Below, piece by piece: positions 10,547 to 18,676 of a stretch of 59,683 nucleotides of DNA. Source of the stretch: Acidimicrobiia bacterium. GTDB taxonomy: Bacteria > Actinomycetota > Acidimicrobiia > IMCC26256 > PALSA-555. The translations under genes and the position numbers were made by a program. The stretch is from contig JBCKKA010000003.1 in the NCBI GenBank assembly GCA_038904515.1, positions 1 to 59,683 on the forward strand, written 5' to 3'. The notes beneath the pieces are model-generated. The model ran no database searches and was not told the DNA's origin. It worked only from the letters and a program-made list of their open reading frames with translations. How positions within the stretch are numbered: position 1 is the first letter of the stretch; each line of letters starts with the position of its first letter.

Positions 10547-11020
10547 TTATTCTGGCGGCAATTTTTTTATCCGCCAGCCTTGCCTAAACGATTCCTGACG
10601 ACTCTCGACCGGTCCACACGCTTCAAGTACAAACTCGGCGGTACTCCAGTGATAAATCGCGTCCTGACCGAAGTGGTAACCCATATCGTTAACCGCTTGG
10701 TCCGGGGCGTTAAGAATAAGTACCCCCTGCTCTCGGGCGGCCGCGTTCGGATTGCCGCCGATCGCCTCGACAAATTCCCAACCGGCCAACTCAACTGCGG
10801 TTAGCAACTGAGTGTGTTGGGCCAAGTTCGTTGCCGCCGCCACGACTGGTCCGCCCGGGTTGTAAGCAGTGACAAAACTAACGGAAGTCGCGAAAGGAAA
10901 TTCGCCGACGGTGGCACCACTCGGATCGGGTTCAATGTAGTGAGTAATGCCCGGTCGGGGCGAATAGGTAAAGCCGACACTTTGGTACTGCGCCCAATCA
11001 CTGGGATCAATGTTGGGCAT
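10547..11020 (-). CDS. DUF3293-like protein (function unknown)
   Basis: The pattern FVTAYNPGG...TNLAQHTQLL...GGNPNAAAREQGVLILN...GYHFGQDAIYHW matches my recollection of the DUF3293 signature (xTAxNP ... N ... E ... fxQxAi). This was not verified with an HMM. Confidence 0.45.
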   Translation of the reverse strand: MPNIDPSDWAQYQSVGFTYSPRPGITHYIEPDPSGATVGEFPFATSVSFVTAYNPGGPVVAAATNLAQHTQLLTAVELAGWEFVEAIGGNPNAAAREQGVLILNAPDQAVNDMGYHFGQDAIYHWSTAEFVLEACGPVESRQESFRQGWRIKKLPPE

Positions 11021-11054
11021 AAATAGAGATTAGAGATTTATTAAGCCCGGCCGC

Positions 11055-12659
11055 TTAGGGTTTCCCACCAAAGTTGGCCGCTTTTCTTTTCGCATTGGGA
11101 CCCACCACAATCAACTTAGCCCTTGCTCTGCTCATTCCAACGTAGGCTAAATTTTTATCAACACTTTTCGTCTCTACCGGCAACGCCAGTATCACTACTG
11201 CTTGATCAAGACCTTTAAATCTCCTGATTGTTTCAATAGTAACGCCAAACTTCTCTTTTTCTCGTAAAACTTCAGCGAGATTACTGTTGCCGGTCAGAAT
11301 TGCTATTTGGTCAGCTTCAATTTTTTTGTTAACAATCAAGTCGTTGAGGCACTCTTCTATTTGTTGAACAGTTTCGTCATCAGTTGTTGTACTAATCCAT
11401 TCGGGCTCGGAACCCTCAATGCCGCTACTCGGAGTCAGTTCTGAATCGAAAACTTTCTGCACTTTTCGGGCAATAGCATGAGAATTTCTCCAAGATTCAT
11501 TCAGTAGATACGGCTGTTCTTCGGGAAACGGATTAATCCATTCCTCAACATCAAACCTCTGCTGAGGGTCGAGAAATAAAAAAATAGGACTCTCTTCTAA
11601 GTCTTCCAAGAGACATTGCAGACCGACAATCCAATTTTTACGGAAATCTTGAGCCTCGTCAATAACTAAAGCATCATAAGATCGACTCAATTTACTGGCC
11701 GCCTCGGCGATTAGGTCGCTGATGCCATTTTGAAGAAACTCTTCGCTCCGCGCATCACCACCCGCAAACTCGCTCTGATCGATTTTGGCTTCCTTGGCAA
11801 TTTTGGTGCCAAAACTGTGAAAGTTATTAGCAGTTATATTTTCGTCATCACTAAATATTTTTTCTAGTTCAATACCAAGAAGCCGGTTGAAGCATAAAAG
11901 AAGCACTCGCTTGCCTTGCGCAGACTGCCGCGAAGCGTACTCCCTCGCAATAATAGTTTTTCCGCTTCCGGCAACACCTTGTATAACCGCGCGCTTTTGT
12001 TGACTTAGAATATCGAGAATTTTGTATTGTTGTTCTGATAAATCTAAAATTTCTCCATCAATTTGGTTGATTGATTGTTTTTCATTAATTTTACCGCGAT
12101 AAAATTTTACTAGTTCATCTTCAATATTTTTGATATCTTGATCCGAGAAATTGCTTTTTGATGCAAAATTTTTGGTTATCTCGTTAACTCGTTCACCTAT
12201 TTTATCTATTTCATTACAGTCAATAATTATTTCTCTTTTCGCGTCTGGCCCCAGATCATCTTCAACTTCAACATCAGTAAAAATTACTGCGGTGCCAAAA
12301 GCAATATGGGGAAGCGACGGAATCTTATTTTTTAGAAACTTTGTTATAGAATGTGATGCCGATCTGACCTGTTCGAAAGGGTCGGGTCGTTTCTCCCACC
12401 CGTTTTCAGTCTTGAAAAACCACCCGTCGTCTCGCTTATCGAATTCAGATCCTTTAACTTCGATAAAAAGCAGCCCGACTTTTGGGTTGAGCAAAATAAA
12501 ATCGGCTTCTCCGTCCCGCCGTTTCTCTCCTTCGGTGTTCAGGTAGTTAATCCGTGAGAAAACCGTCCAAGTATCCGGCAGCTTTTTGAGTTCGTTCCAG
12601 CAGCGGGTTTCTGAACGAGGTGCACCTGCCACCAAACGCTTGGGTACCATCCGAGCCAT
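11055..12659 (-). CDS. NERD-domain nuclease fused to an SF1 (UvrD/AAA_19-like) helicase
   Basis: The N-terminal 130 aa look NERD-like (DGEADFILLNPKVGLLFIEVKG). They are followed by P-loop GVAGSGKTIIA, motif II VIDEAQDF, and C-terminal RFKGLDQAVVILA and YVGMSRARAKLIVVG. The gene is clearly AT-richer than its neighbours: hand counts give 15/60 GC at 12061-12120, 16/60 at 12181-12240 and 23/60 at 11581-11640. Confidence 0.75.
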   Translation of the reverse strand: MARMVPKRLVAGAPRSETRCWNELKKLPDTWTVFSRINYLNTEGEKRRDGEADFILLNPKVGLLFIEVKGSEFDKRDDGWFFKTENGWEKRPDPFEQVRSASHSITKFLKNKIPSLPHIAFGTAVIFTDVEVEDDLGPDAKREIIIDCNEIDKIGERVNEITKNFASKSNFSDQDIKNIEDELVKFYRGKINEKQSINQIDGEILDLSEQQYKILDILSQQKRAVIQGVAGSGKTIIAREYASRQSAQGKRVLLLCFNRLLGIELEKIFSDDENITANNFHSFGTKIAKEAKIDQSEFAGGDARSEEFLQNGISDLIAEAASKLSRSYDALVIDEAQDFRKNWIVGLQCLLEDLEESPIFLFLDPQQRFDVEEWINPFPEEQPYLLNESWRNSHAIARKVQKVFDSELTPSSGIEGSEPEWISTTTDDETVQQIEECLNDLIVNKKIEADQIAILTGNSNLAEVLREKEKFGVTIETIRRFKGLDQAVVILALPVETKSVDKNLAYVGMSRARAKLIVVGPNAKRKAANFGGKP

Positions 12660-12711
12660 GGATGAGAATAATAGGAGGTTTTTACGGTTAGTGAAACCTT
12701 CGCTTGGTCAA

Positions 12712-13197
12712 TTAAGCCCGACCGCGGCGAGCTTCTTGCACCAAGTCGTCGTGGATGGTGTTTCCGAGCGCTACGGGCAGGGTGGCAATACCGCCGTGCC
12801 TTTCCATTTCTTTGGCGATTATCCGGGCCTCTTCGATAATGGCCAGTAAAAGATCCTGCTGATTCTCAACACCATCGACTTGATCGAGATAGCGGTTGGC
12901 CGCGTTGGCTAACCGACCAACGAACTCGTGTTTGTTATGACCACCGACATAATCGGTAAAGACTTCCCAGTAGAGCTCAAAGAACAGCCAACTAACCTCA
13001 GCGGCCGACGGCGTGATCACCCAACGCGGTTCAGGATAATAACTGTCCCACGGTCCGGGGATAGGTTCGAACAGCACACCTACATCAGCGCCACCCCAAA
13101 CTTCGTGTACGCCGATATTGTCGGTCTGCACATCTTGGGTAACTTTGTCGAGTTTGGAAAATACTTCTTTCACATTTTTACCTCTACTTTTATTCAT
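12712..13197 (-). CDS. hypothetical protein, 161 aa, Trp-rich, no recognisable motif
   Basis: The start ATG (13195-13197) overlaps the stop of the upstream gene by 8 nt (ATGAATAA), which suggests translational coupling. The amino-acid composition looks protein-like. I recognise no family. Confidence 0.5.
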   Translation of the reverse strand: MNKSRGKNVKEVFSKLDKVTQDVQTDNIGVHEVWGGADVGVLFEPIPGPWDSYYPEPRWVITPSAAEVSWLFFELYWEVFTDYVGGHNKHEFVGRLANAANRYLDQVDGVENQQDLLLAIIEEARIIAKEMERHGGIATLPVALGNTIHDDLVQEARRGRA

Positions 13198-13912
13198 TTA
13201 GGTTCATTACGGTCTGGACTTCGTTTATGCCCGCTACGAGTGCTCGTACTAGTCGAGCGCGATCTTCAATGGGATATTTTTCTTGGCGAAAAGTGTCAAG
13301 AATTTCGATTTGCACCGCACTAACGCCGCGGTTTTGTGCCCACATCGTCATTCGTTCGGGATCCTTGGCGCGCCAACCGGTCTTGTTGCCGCCCAAGTCA
13401 ACCACCATATTTTCGTCATGAAACGCGTTAGCCAATGTTTCGCCAACCGTTGCGGTGGCGACAAGTTCTAAACCCATTCCTATGACAATGTCTTGCTCGT
13501 GCTTAAACCGGTCACCACTTTTTTTGCTGTAAAGACCCATACCGTGCAGATCAATTAGTACGCCGTCTTTTGGTGGTAAACCAACTGCTGCTAGCTCATT
13601 TTTAATTGGGTGATCAAGATCGCAATTGGCATCGTTGAGCAATGTGCCGTCGAGCACAACGGCGGTAGTGATATCGAGTAGTTCGCCGAGCGCTAAACAC
13701 AATCCGCCGGTGCCTTCGTCTTCTTCTTTTATTCTGTTTTCGTCTTGGCGGGAGTGTTGAAGACCGTGTACTGAACTCAAAACTAAGCGCTTATTGCCGT
13801 ACGGGGTTATCCGTACTTGTTCGTCACCAAAGTTCCCTCGGTACTCATTGGCACGAAAGTCAATCTCGTACTCGTCCCATTTGTTTATAATTTGCTCAAT
13901 TAGTGAATCCAT
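13190..13912 (-). CDS. putative Zn-amidohydrolase of the N-formylglutamate amidohydrolase / poly-gamma-glutamate hydrolase (phage YjqB-like) type
   Basis: The order of motifs SSVHGLQHS ... EDEGTGGL ... VLIDLHGMG ... VSAVQIEI resembles the metal and active-site strand pattern of the FGase (PF05013) and Gamma_PGA_hydro (PF05908) folds as I remember them. The family assignment is tentative. Confidence 0.4.
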   Translation of the reverse strand: MDSLIEQIINKWDEYEIDFRANEYRGNFGDEQVRITPYGNKRLVLSSVHGLQHSRQDENRIKEEDEGTGGLCLALGELLDITTAVVLDGTLLNDANCDLDHPIKNELAAVGLPPKDGVLIDLHGMGLYSKKSGDRFKHEQDIVIGMGLELVATATVGETLANAFHDENMVVDLGGNKTGWRAKDPERMTMWAQNRGVSAVQIEILDTFRQEKYPIEDRARLVRALVAGINEVQTVMNLNE

Positions 13913-13986
13913 AATTTACTCATCCCTTGGTTTTGTAGTTTTTGTGTTGGTGCTTTGGATATTTCTTGCTGAGTTTGCATCAACCC

Positions 13987-14427
13987 TCAGCGGTTACGCC
14001 GAGCGTGAGTGCTTAATTCAGCTATATAATTTTCGGGTAATTCGAAAGCGCGCGCGCCAACCAAAATGAGTTCGAGGTAGCCAACACGCGGCGGTCCGGG
14101 TTGGCAATTGGCGGCGAGATAGACGAGCACTTTTTCGTCGGCACCGTTAGCGTCAACCACCACCATCTCCTTGCGGTAGAGGTTCGCGGGCACCCCTTCG
14201 CAATAATCGAGGTTGGTCTCGTCTTCGGAGGTTAACCACCATCGACCACCCCATACGCTGTGTCCTTCGTCGGGGACAATCGTGGCGTAGCCCTCGCTAT
14301 TGATCATGAATCGGTAGTCATCGAGCCGAGCTCGACCCACTTTGCGAGCATTCCGGCACCGCCGGAGCATCTGCGCCTCATCAAGATTCGATCCGTAGGC
14401 GAAGTACTGGATGGGTTTTATACTCAA
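13987..14427 (-). CDS. gamma-glutamylcyclotransferase (GGCT/AIG2-like) family protein
   Basis: The N-terminal YFAYGSNL matches the YGSNL signature. It is followed by LDYCEGVPANLYRK, which holds the candidate catalytic Glu region. The TTG start overlaps the stop of the upstream NYN-like gene (TTGA). Confidence 0.75.
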   Translation of the reverse strand: MSIKPIQYFAYGSNLDEAQMLRRCRNARKVGRARLDDYRFMINSEGYATIVPDEGHSVWGGRWWLTSEDETNLDYCEGVPANLYRKEMVVVDANGADEKVLVYLAANCQPGPPRVGYLELILVGARAFELPENYIAELSTHARRNR

Positions 14428-14933
14428 GCGGCCACCAAAACATCGTTGAATTCAGAAAGCACTCGAATATCGCACCCCAGCGTCGAAAATCGCCTAGCGA
14501 TCGAACCGACTCGACCAACCACCGTTACCGCCAATCCGTGGGTGATGGCGGCTTCGGCCAAATCGGCAAAAATGTGGTCGCCGCTACCGATCACGAGCCG
14601 CTTAAAACGCTGGCAAACCCATTCGCAAGGGGCGTTGTCGAGCAGCACATTGTCGGCGCCGTCGGGACCGGAGGCGTGATGGGCCCGGCTCCATTCGGCG
14701 AGCTCATAAATCACGGGGTCAAGTAGGTGGTGATTGGCGGCCACCACGGCCAGATGGCCAAATTTTTGCGCCGCAATCTGGCGATATTCGGCCAAAACCG
14801 ATTGTGACCGCTCGCTACTGGCGTAAGGATCGCCTACCAGATTCTCTAAATCGACGAGATGGAGGGTATCGGACAGGTTGCCGTTGATGCCCAAGTCCAT
14901 CGGGACGCCATTTTTTGCTCGTTGATTCTTCAT
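14424..14933 (-). CDS. NYN/LabA-like (PIN-fold) domain protein
   Basis: I trimmed to the ATG at 14931-14933, which follows AGGAG on the minus strand. The motif order is VDLENL ... SGPDGADNVLL ... LVIGSGDHIFADLAEAAITHGLAVTVVG, as in NYN domains. Confidence 0.5.
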   Translation of the reverse strand: MKNQRAKNGVPMDLGINGNLSDTLHLVDLENLVGDPYASSERSQSVLAEYRQIAAQKFGHLAVVAANHHLLDPVIYELAEWSRAHHASGPDGADNVLLDNAPCEWVCQRFKRLVIGSGDHIFADLAEAAITHGLAVTVVGRVGSIARRFSTLGCDIRVLSEFNDVLVAA

Positions 14934-15234
14934 GACTACTCCTAATCCTGTGAGTTTTCTTTCTCCATCAGCCCCGCGTTGGCGACTGGAACCCAGCACC
15001 AATCAACCGAGTTGTTGGTTCTCATCATTTGCTTCAAGGATTCGATTATCCCATTTGGGTGGGACACTAACCTTCGGCGACTTCGATTTAACCGCAGGAA
15101 TTGCCGTTCAGGCTTTCAACTGCCATTAACAGAGTACCACCCGATAATTGAAAATGCGGATTACCGGAATTTCGCTTTATATTTCAATAAAAATCCGGTT
15201 ATTAGTATCAAGTAAAACGATAATACCATCCGTC

Positions 15235-15251
15235 GGCGGCCACCGGCCGCC
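15235..15251. other. perfect GC hairpin GGCGGCC-ACC-GGCCGCC in the divergent intergenic region
   Basis: Read directly from the sequence: a 7-bp stem with a 3-nt loop, 55 nt upstream of the 15306 start. Its role is unknown. Confidence 0.25.
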
Positions 15252-15305
15252 TGAATCTGTTGCCCATCAATCCCATTTTGATTACTCCGTAGGTGTTATT
15301 TTTCG

Positions 15306-16232
15306 TTGGTGACTAACAAAACACTTTTCCGCCGTATTACCCTCGTCGCACTAGTCGCCGGAGTGCTCGCGATCACCACCAGCAGCCCCGCCGGAGCTTC
15401 GGCTTACCCCGGCGCCAATGGCCGCATTGTGTTTTCTTCTTCGCGTACCGGCAACTTCGATCTCTACACTGCGCTCCCTTCAGGTAAAGGCGTTAAGCGA
15501 ATTACTCGCACGAAAAACGGTGAAGAAGGACAAGCGGTCTTTTCGCCTAACGGTAGAAAGATCGCCTTCACCTCAAATCGCGACGGTAATGACGAGATTT
15601 ATGTCAGCAAGGCCGACGGGTCGCAGGCCGTCAATATCACCAAAAATTCGGCCGCGGACGCGATGCCCAACTGGTCGCCCGACGGCAAGCGCTTAGTTTT
15701 CGTCTCGCATCGCAACGGAGGACTGCAACTGTGGGTGATGAAAGCCAATGGCACCAAACCCGTCAACCTGTTTCCCCGCGGAGTGGAACCATCATGGTCG
15801 CCCGACGGCACCAAGATCGCTTTCACTAACAGCGATCCGGACGGCACCGCCAATGCCGATATTTATGTGATTAACGCCGACGGCACCGGATTAATCAACC
15901 TCAGCAACGATGCCGGCACCAATAGTCATTACGCCACATGGTCGCCCGACGGTACCTCGATTGCGTTTGTAAGTGACCGAAGCGGCACCGATCAGATTTG
16001 GGTAATGACCGTCGACGGTGCTAATCCCGTGATGATTACCAATTCAAACGAGCAGAGCACCGCGCCGGCGTGGTCGCCCAATAACAAGCTGATCGCCTTC
16101 ATCGCAAACCAAGGTGGCTCTTCCGCGGTCTACACCATGAAGACCGACGGCACCGGTCTAAGTCGGATTACCGGCAACGACACTTCACCTAATGACCTGC
16201 CTAACTGGCAGCCCCTTCCGCGGCGGCGCTAG
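15306..16232 (+). CDS. secreted TolB-like beta-propeller protein (PD40/WD40-like repeats)
   Basis: It has a signal-peptide-like N-terminus (LVALVAGVLAITTSSPAGASA). At least five PD40-type repeats follow (FSPNGRKIAFTSNRDGNDEIYV, WSPDGKRLVFVSHRNGGLQLWV, WSPDGTKIAFT, WSPDGTSIAFVSDRSGTDQIWV, WSPNNKLIAFIANQGG). Confidence 0.75.
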   Translation: MVTNKTLFRRITLVALVAGVLAITTSSPAGASAYPGANGRIVFSSSRTGNFDLYTALPSGKGVKRITRTKNGEEGQAVFSPNGRKIAFTSNRDGNDEIYVSKADGSQAVNITKNSAADAMPNWSPDGKRLVFVSHRNGGLQLWVMKANGTKPVNLFPRGVEPSWSPDGTKIAFTNSDPDGTANADIYVINADGTGLINLSNDAGTNSHYATWSPDGTSIAFVSDRSGTDQIWVMTVDGANPVMITNSNEQSTAPAWSPNNKLIAFIANQGGSSAVYTMKTDGTGLSRITGNDTSPNDLPNWQPLPRRR

Positions 16233-16349
16233 GCGGCCCGTTTTCCTTCGGAGCACCGGTTCGGCGCCAACACTCCCGTTGGTTTCGTAATCGTGCCAGC
16301 AGGAGTATGGTCACACTAAATACCCCAAAGCGCACTCGGGGGAGGGGCG

Positions 16350-16856
16350 ATGGGAAAGAATTCAACCCGAGCTCGCGCACGCGCCGCGCGCGACGGTCGG
16401 TCGGGTCGTCATCCTAAAGGGTGGGAACGCAGTGCCGACGATCGTAAATCTGCCGCCAGTAAAAAAGAAAAACGGTTGCGCAATGCGCGTGATGTCGACA
16501 AGTTGGCTCGCAACCAAATAGTGCGGGGCGCCGTAGTTTGGTCGTGGGTTCCCAATCAGGAAGATCCAAATGTGGGTAAATCGCGCCCCGTCGTTGTGGT
16601 TACGGTTGACACCGCAACTCGCACCGTAGAAGCCATTCCGATTACTACCGCGCGCGCGAGTGGAGTTTGGTGGGGTAGACGATCACTTGATTGGGAAGCT
16701 TTAGGTTTGAGTCGGCCCGCGACCGCAACTCGTCGCATCCTCACGCTGCCGTGGGAATCATTAACTTTGCGCTATTCGGTGATGAGCGAAGTCGATGTCG
16801 CCGCCTTAGAGAAATGGGCCCGATTGGCGCGAGCGTCGCGTCGAGCCGCTACTTAA
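16350..16856 (+). CDS. PemK/MazF-fold protein with a basic N-terminal extension
   Basis: The stretch RGAVVWSWVPNQEDPNVGKSRPVVVVT resembles the MazF/PemK N-terminal beta-strand signature (rGdv..v.....g.e..k.RPalVv). It is preceded by about 55 Arg/Lys-rich residues. Confidence 0.4.
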   Translation: MGKNSTRARARAARDGRSGRHPKGWERSADDRKSAASKKEKRLRNARDVDKLARNQIVRGAVVWSWVPNQEDPNVGKSRPVVVVTVDTATRTVEAIPITTARASGVWWGRRSLDWEALGLSRPATATRRILTLPWESLTLRYSVMSEVDVAALEKWARLARASRRAAT

Positions 16857-16965
16857 TTAGCGTCAGCGTTTGTGCTTAGGTGTCATCGCGGTTAGCAGAA
16901 TCAACGCTCTTCTCCTTAGCTGCGTAAATTGATTACCTAGTTGTTGGACTCTATTCTTGCTACCT

Positions 16966-17418
16966 ATGGCTCGTAACTTCATAGTTCAGTTGCCGATTGG
17001 CCTAGCCCGGGTTTTTTCAGTCTCCCATCGAGTTTGGTATCGACTAAGTGGCGGTCGACTTGGCGGCTCGTTTCGTGGCGCTCCCGCGGTATTGCTCACC
17101 ACCACCGGTCGCCGTACCGGCAAAGCGCGCACCTGGCCGTTGATTGCGGTGAAGTTGGGCGATTCCTACGCTCTGGCTGCATCTAATGGCGGCCACGATC
17201 ATAATCCTGCTTGGTTTAAGAACTTAGTGGCTAATCCCGCCGTGACTATTCAAGATGGGCGCCACACGCTGAACGGGCGGGCGAGGGTTGCTACGGGCGC
17301 CGAACGCGACGATCTCTACGCTCGGTTCATTGACATGTATTCGGGATATGCCGATTATGTGCAAGCCACTGCCCGCGTGATTCCGGTAGTGGTGGTCGAC
17401 CCCGTTGCTCCGATTTGA
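16966..17418 (+). CDS. deazaflavin (F420)-dependent nitroreductase family protein (Ddn/DUF385)
   Basis: Motifs seen: LLTTTGRRTGKARTWPL, ASNGGHDHNPAWFKNLVANP and IPVVVV, all typical of the family. The first ATG is at 16966; the ORF track starts at a TTG at 16957. Confidence 0.8.
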   Translation: MARNFIVQLPIGLARVFSVSHRVWYRLSGGRLGGSFRGAPAVLLTTTGRRTGKARTWPLIAVKLGDSYALAASNGGHDHNPAWFKNLVANPAVTIQDGRHTLNGRARVATGAERDDLYARFIDMYSGYADYVQATARVIPVVVVDPVAPI

Positions 17419-17449
17419 AAAGTTACCCCCTCTTTGGCAGGCTCATTCG

Positions 17450-18676
17450 ATGGAAACAATTGACCTAAGCGATCCCGAGACTTTTGCCAACGGTATCCCC
17501 CACGAAGCGTTTGCTGCCCTGCGACGAGAAGAGCCGGTTTCTTATCAGTACGGAATAAACACCGGGCCAAAGGGTTTTTGGGCGGTGACTCGGCACGCCG
17601 ATGTAGTGGCCGCTAATCGCGACTTTGAGCACCTCTCGCCGGCTCCGCTTGGCGCAGTGATGTTCGATCGCAAAGAGTTACTCAACCCCGAAGCGCCCCG
17701 CATGATGATCGAAATGGATCCACCTCAACACACTCGCTATCGGCGTTTGGTAAACCGTGGTTTTACTCCGCGCATGATTGCCATGCTCGAAACTCAGATG
17801 CGCACAGTGGCGCGCACGGTTAGCGATCGAGCTAATCAATTGCTCGACGAGAATGGTGAGATCGATGTTGTAACCGACTTAGCCGCTGAGTTACCAATGC
17901 AGGTAATTGCCGCGATGATGGGCATTCCTCAAGAAGATCACGAAAAGATGTTTGCTCTTAGTCAACGAATAATCGGTTTTGACGACCCGTCTAGCGGGAG
18001 TGACGGCATGTCCGGCGGTGCCGCGATGATGGAGATGTATGCCTACGCCAATTCGTTAGGCGCGCAAAAACGCGAAGCTATAGAAAACGGTAGTCGTACT
18101 GACGACATTGTTTCGGCACTACTTGAAGCTGAAGTCGATGGAGAGAAACTGAGTGAACTCGAATTCGATTTATTTTTTCTACTCTTAGTAGTTGCGGGCA
18201 ACGAAACCACCCGTACTGCTATCGCTCAAGGAGTCTCGTACTTGTTCGCTAATCCCGATCAGTGGGAGCGGTTGCTCGCTGACCGCTCGCTGGTTCCTAC
18301 CGCAGTAGAAGAAATCTTACGAGTCTCGCTTCCCATTCTTTATTTTCGTCGTACGGTGATAAAAGCCACTGAAATTGGTGGGGTGCCCGTAGCAAAAGGC
18401 GATCGAGTGCTGCTGTGGTACGCGTCGGCCAACTTTGATGAGACCGTGTTTGTCGATCCGCAGCAATTTGATGTTGGACGCACGCCCAACGACCATGTAA
18501 CTTTTGGCGCCGGCGGTCCGCATTTTTGCTTAGGCGCCAATCTTGCTCGGCTTGAGATTCGGGTGATGCTAGAAGAACTGCTCGATCGCATTCCTACGCT
18601 CACCAGTGCTGGGCCGCTACAGCGGGGACACTCCAACTTCACTAACGGACTCCGCCAACTTCCCGCACGTCGGTAA
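17450..18676 (+). CDS. cytochrome P450 (CYP124/125/142-like)
   Basis: Motifs seen: heme loop FGAGGPHFCLGANLARLE, I-helix VVAGNETTRTA and ExxR VEEILRV. I trimmed to the ATG at 17450 (METIDLSDPETF...). Confidence 0.9.
   Translation: METIDLSDPETFANGIPHEAFAALRREEPVSYQYGINTGPKGFWAVTRHADVVAANRDFEHLSPAPLGAVMFDRKELLNPEAPRMMIEMDPPQHTRYRRLVNRGFTPRMIAMLETQMRTVARTVSDRANQLLDENGEIDVVTDLAAELPMQVIAAMMGIPQEDHEKMFALSQRIIGFDDPSSGSDGMSGGAAMMEMYAYANSLGAQKREAIENGSRTDDIVSALLEAEVDGEKLSELEFDLFFLLLVVAGNETTRTAIAQGVSYLFANPDQWERLLADRSLVPTAVEEILRVSLPILYFRRTVIKATEIGGVPVAKGDRVLLWYASANFDETVFVDPQQFDVGRTPNDHVTFGAGGPHFCLGANLARLEIRVMLEELLDRIPTLTSAGPLQRGHSNFTNGLRQLPARR

Noticed and set aside
12586-12849. A plus-strand small ORF. 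An AGGAGG at 12674-12679 lies 11 nt upstream of an in-frame GTG at 12691 (53 codons), antisense to the 3-prime end of the 161-aa gene.
   Set aside because: The SD-like hexamer may be coincidental in the intergenic gap. The ORF has no recognisable features and overlaps a better-supported gene. It is worth a look only if antisense transcription is detected.
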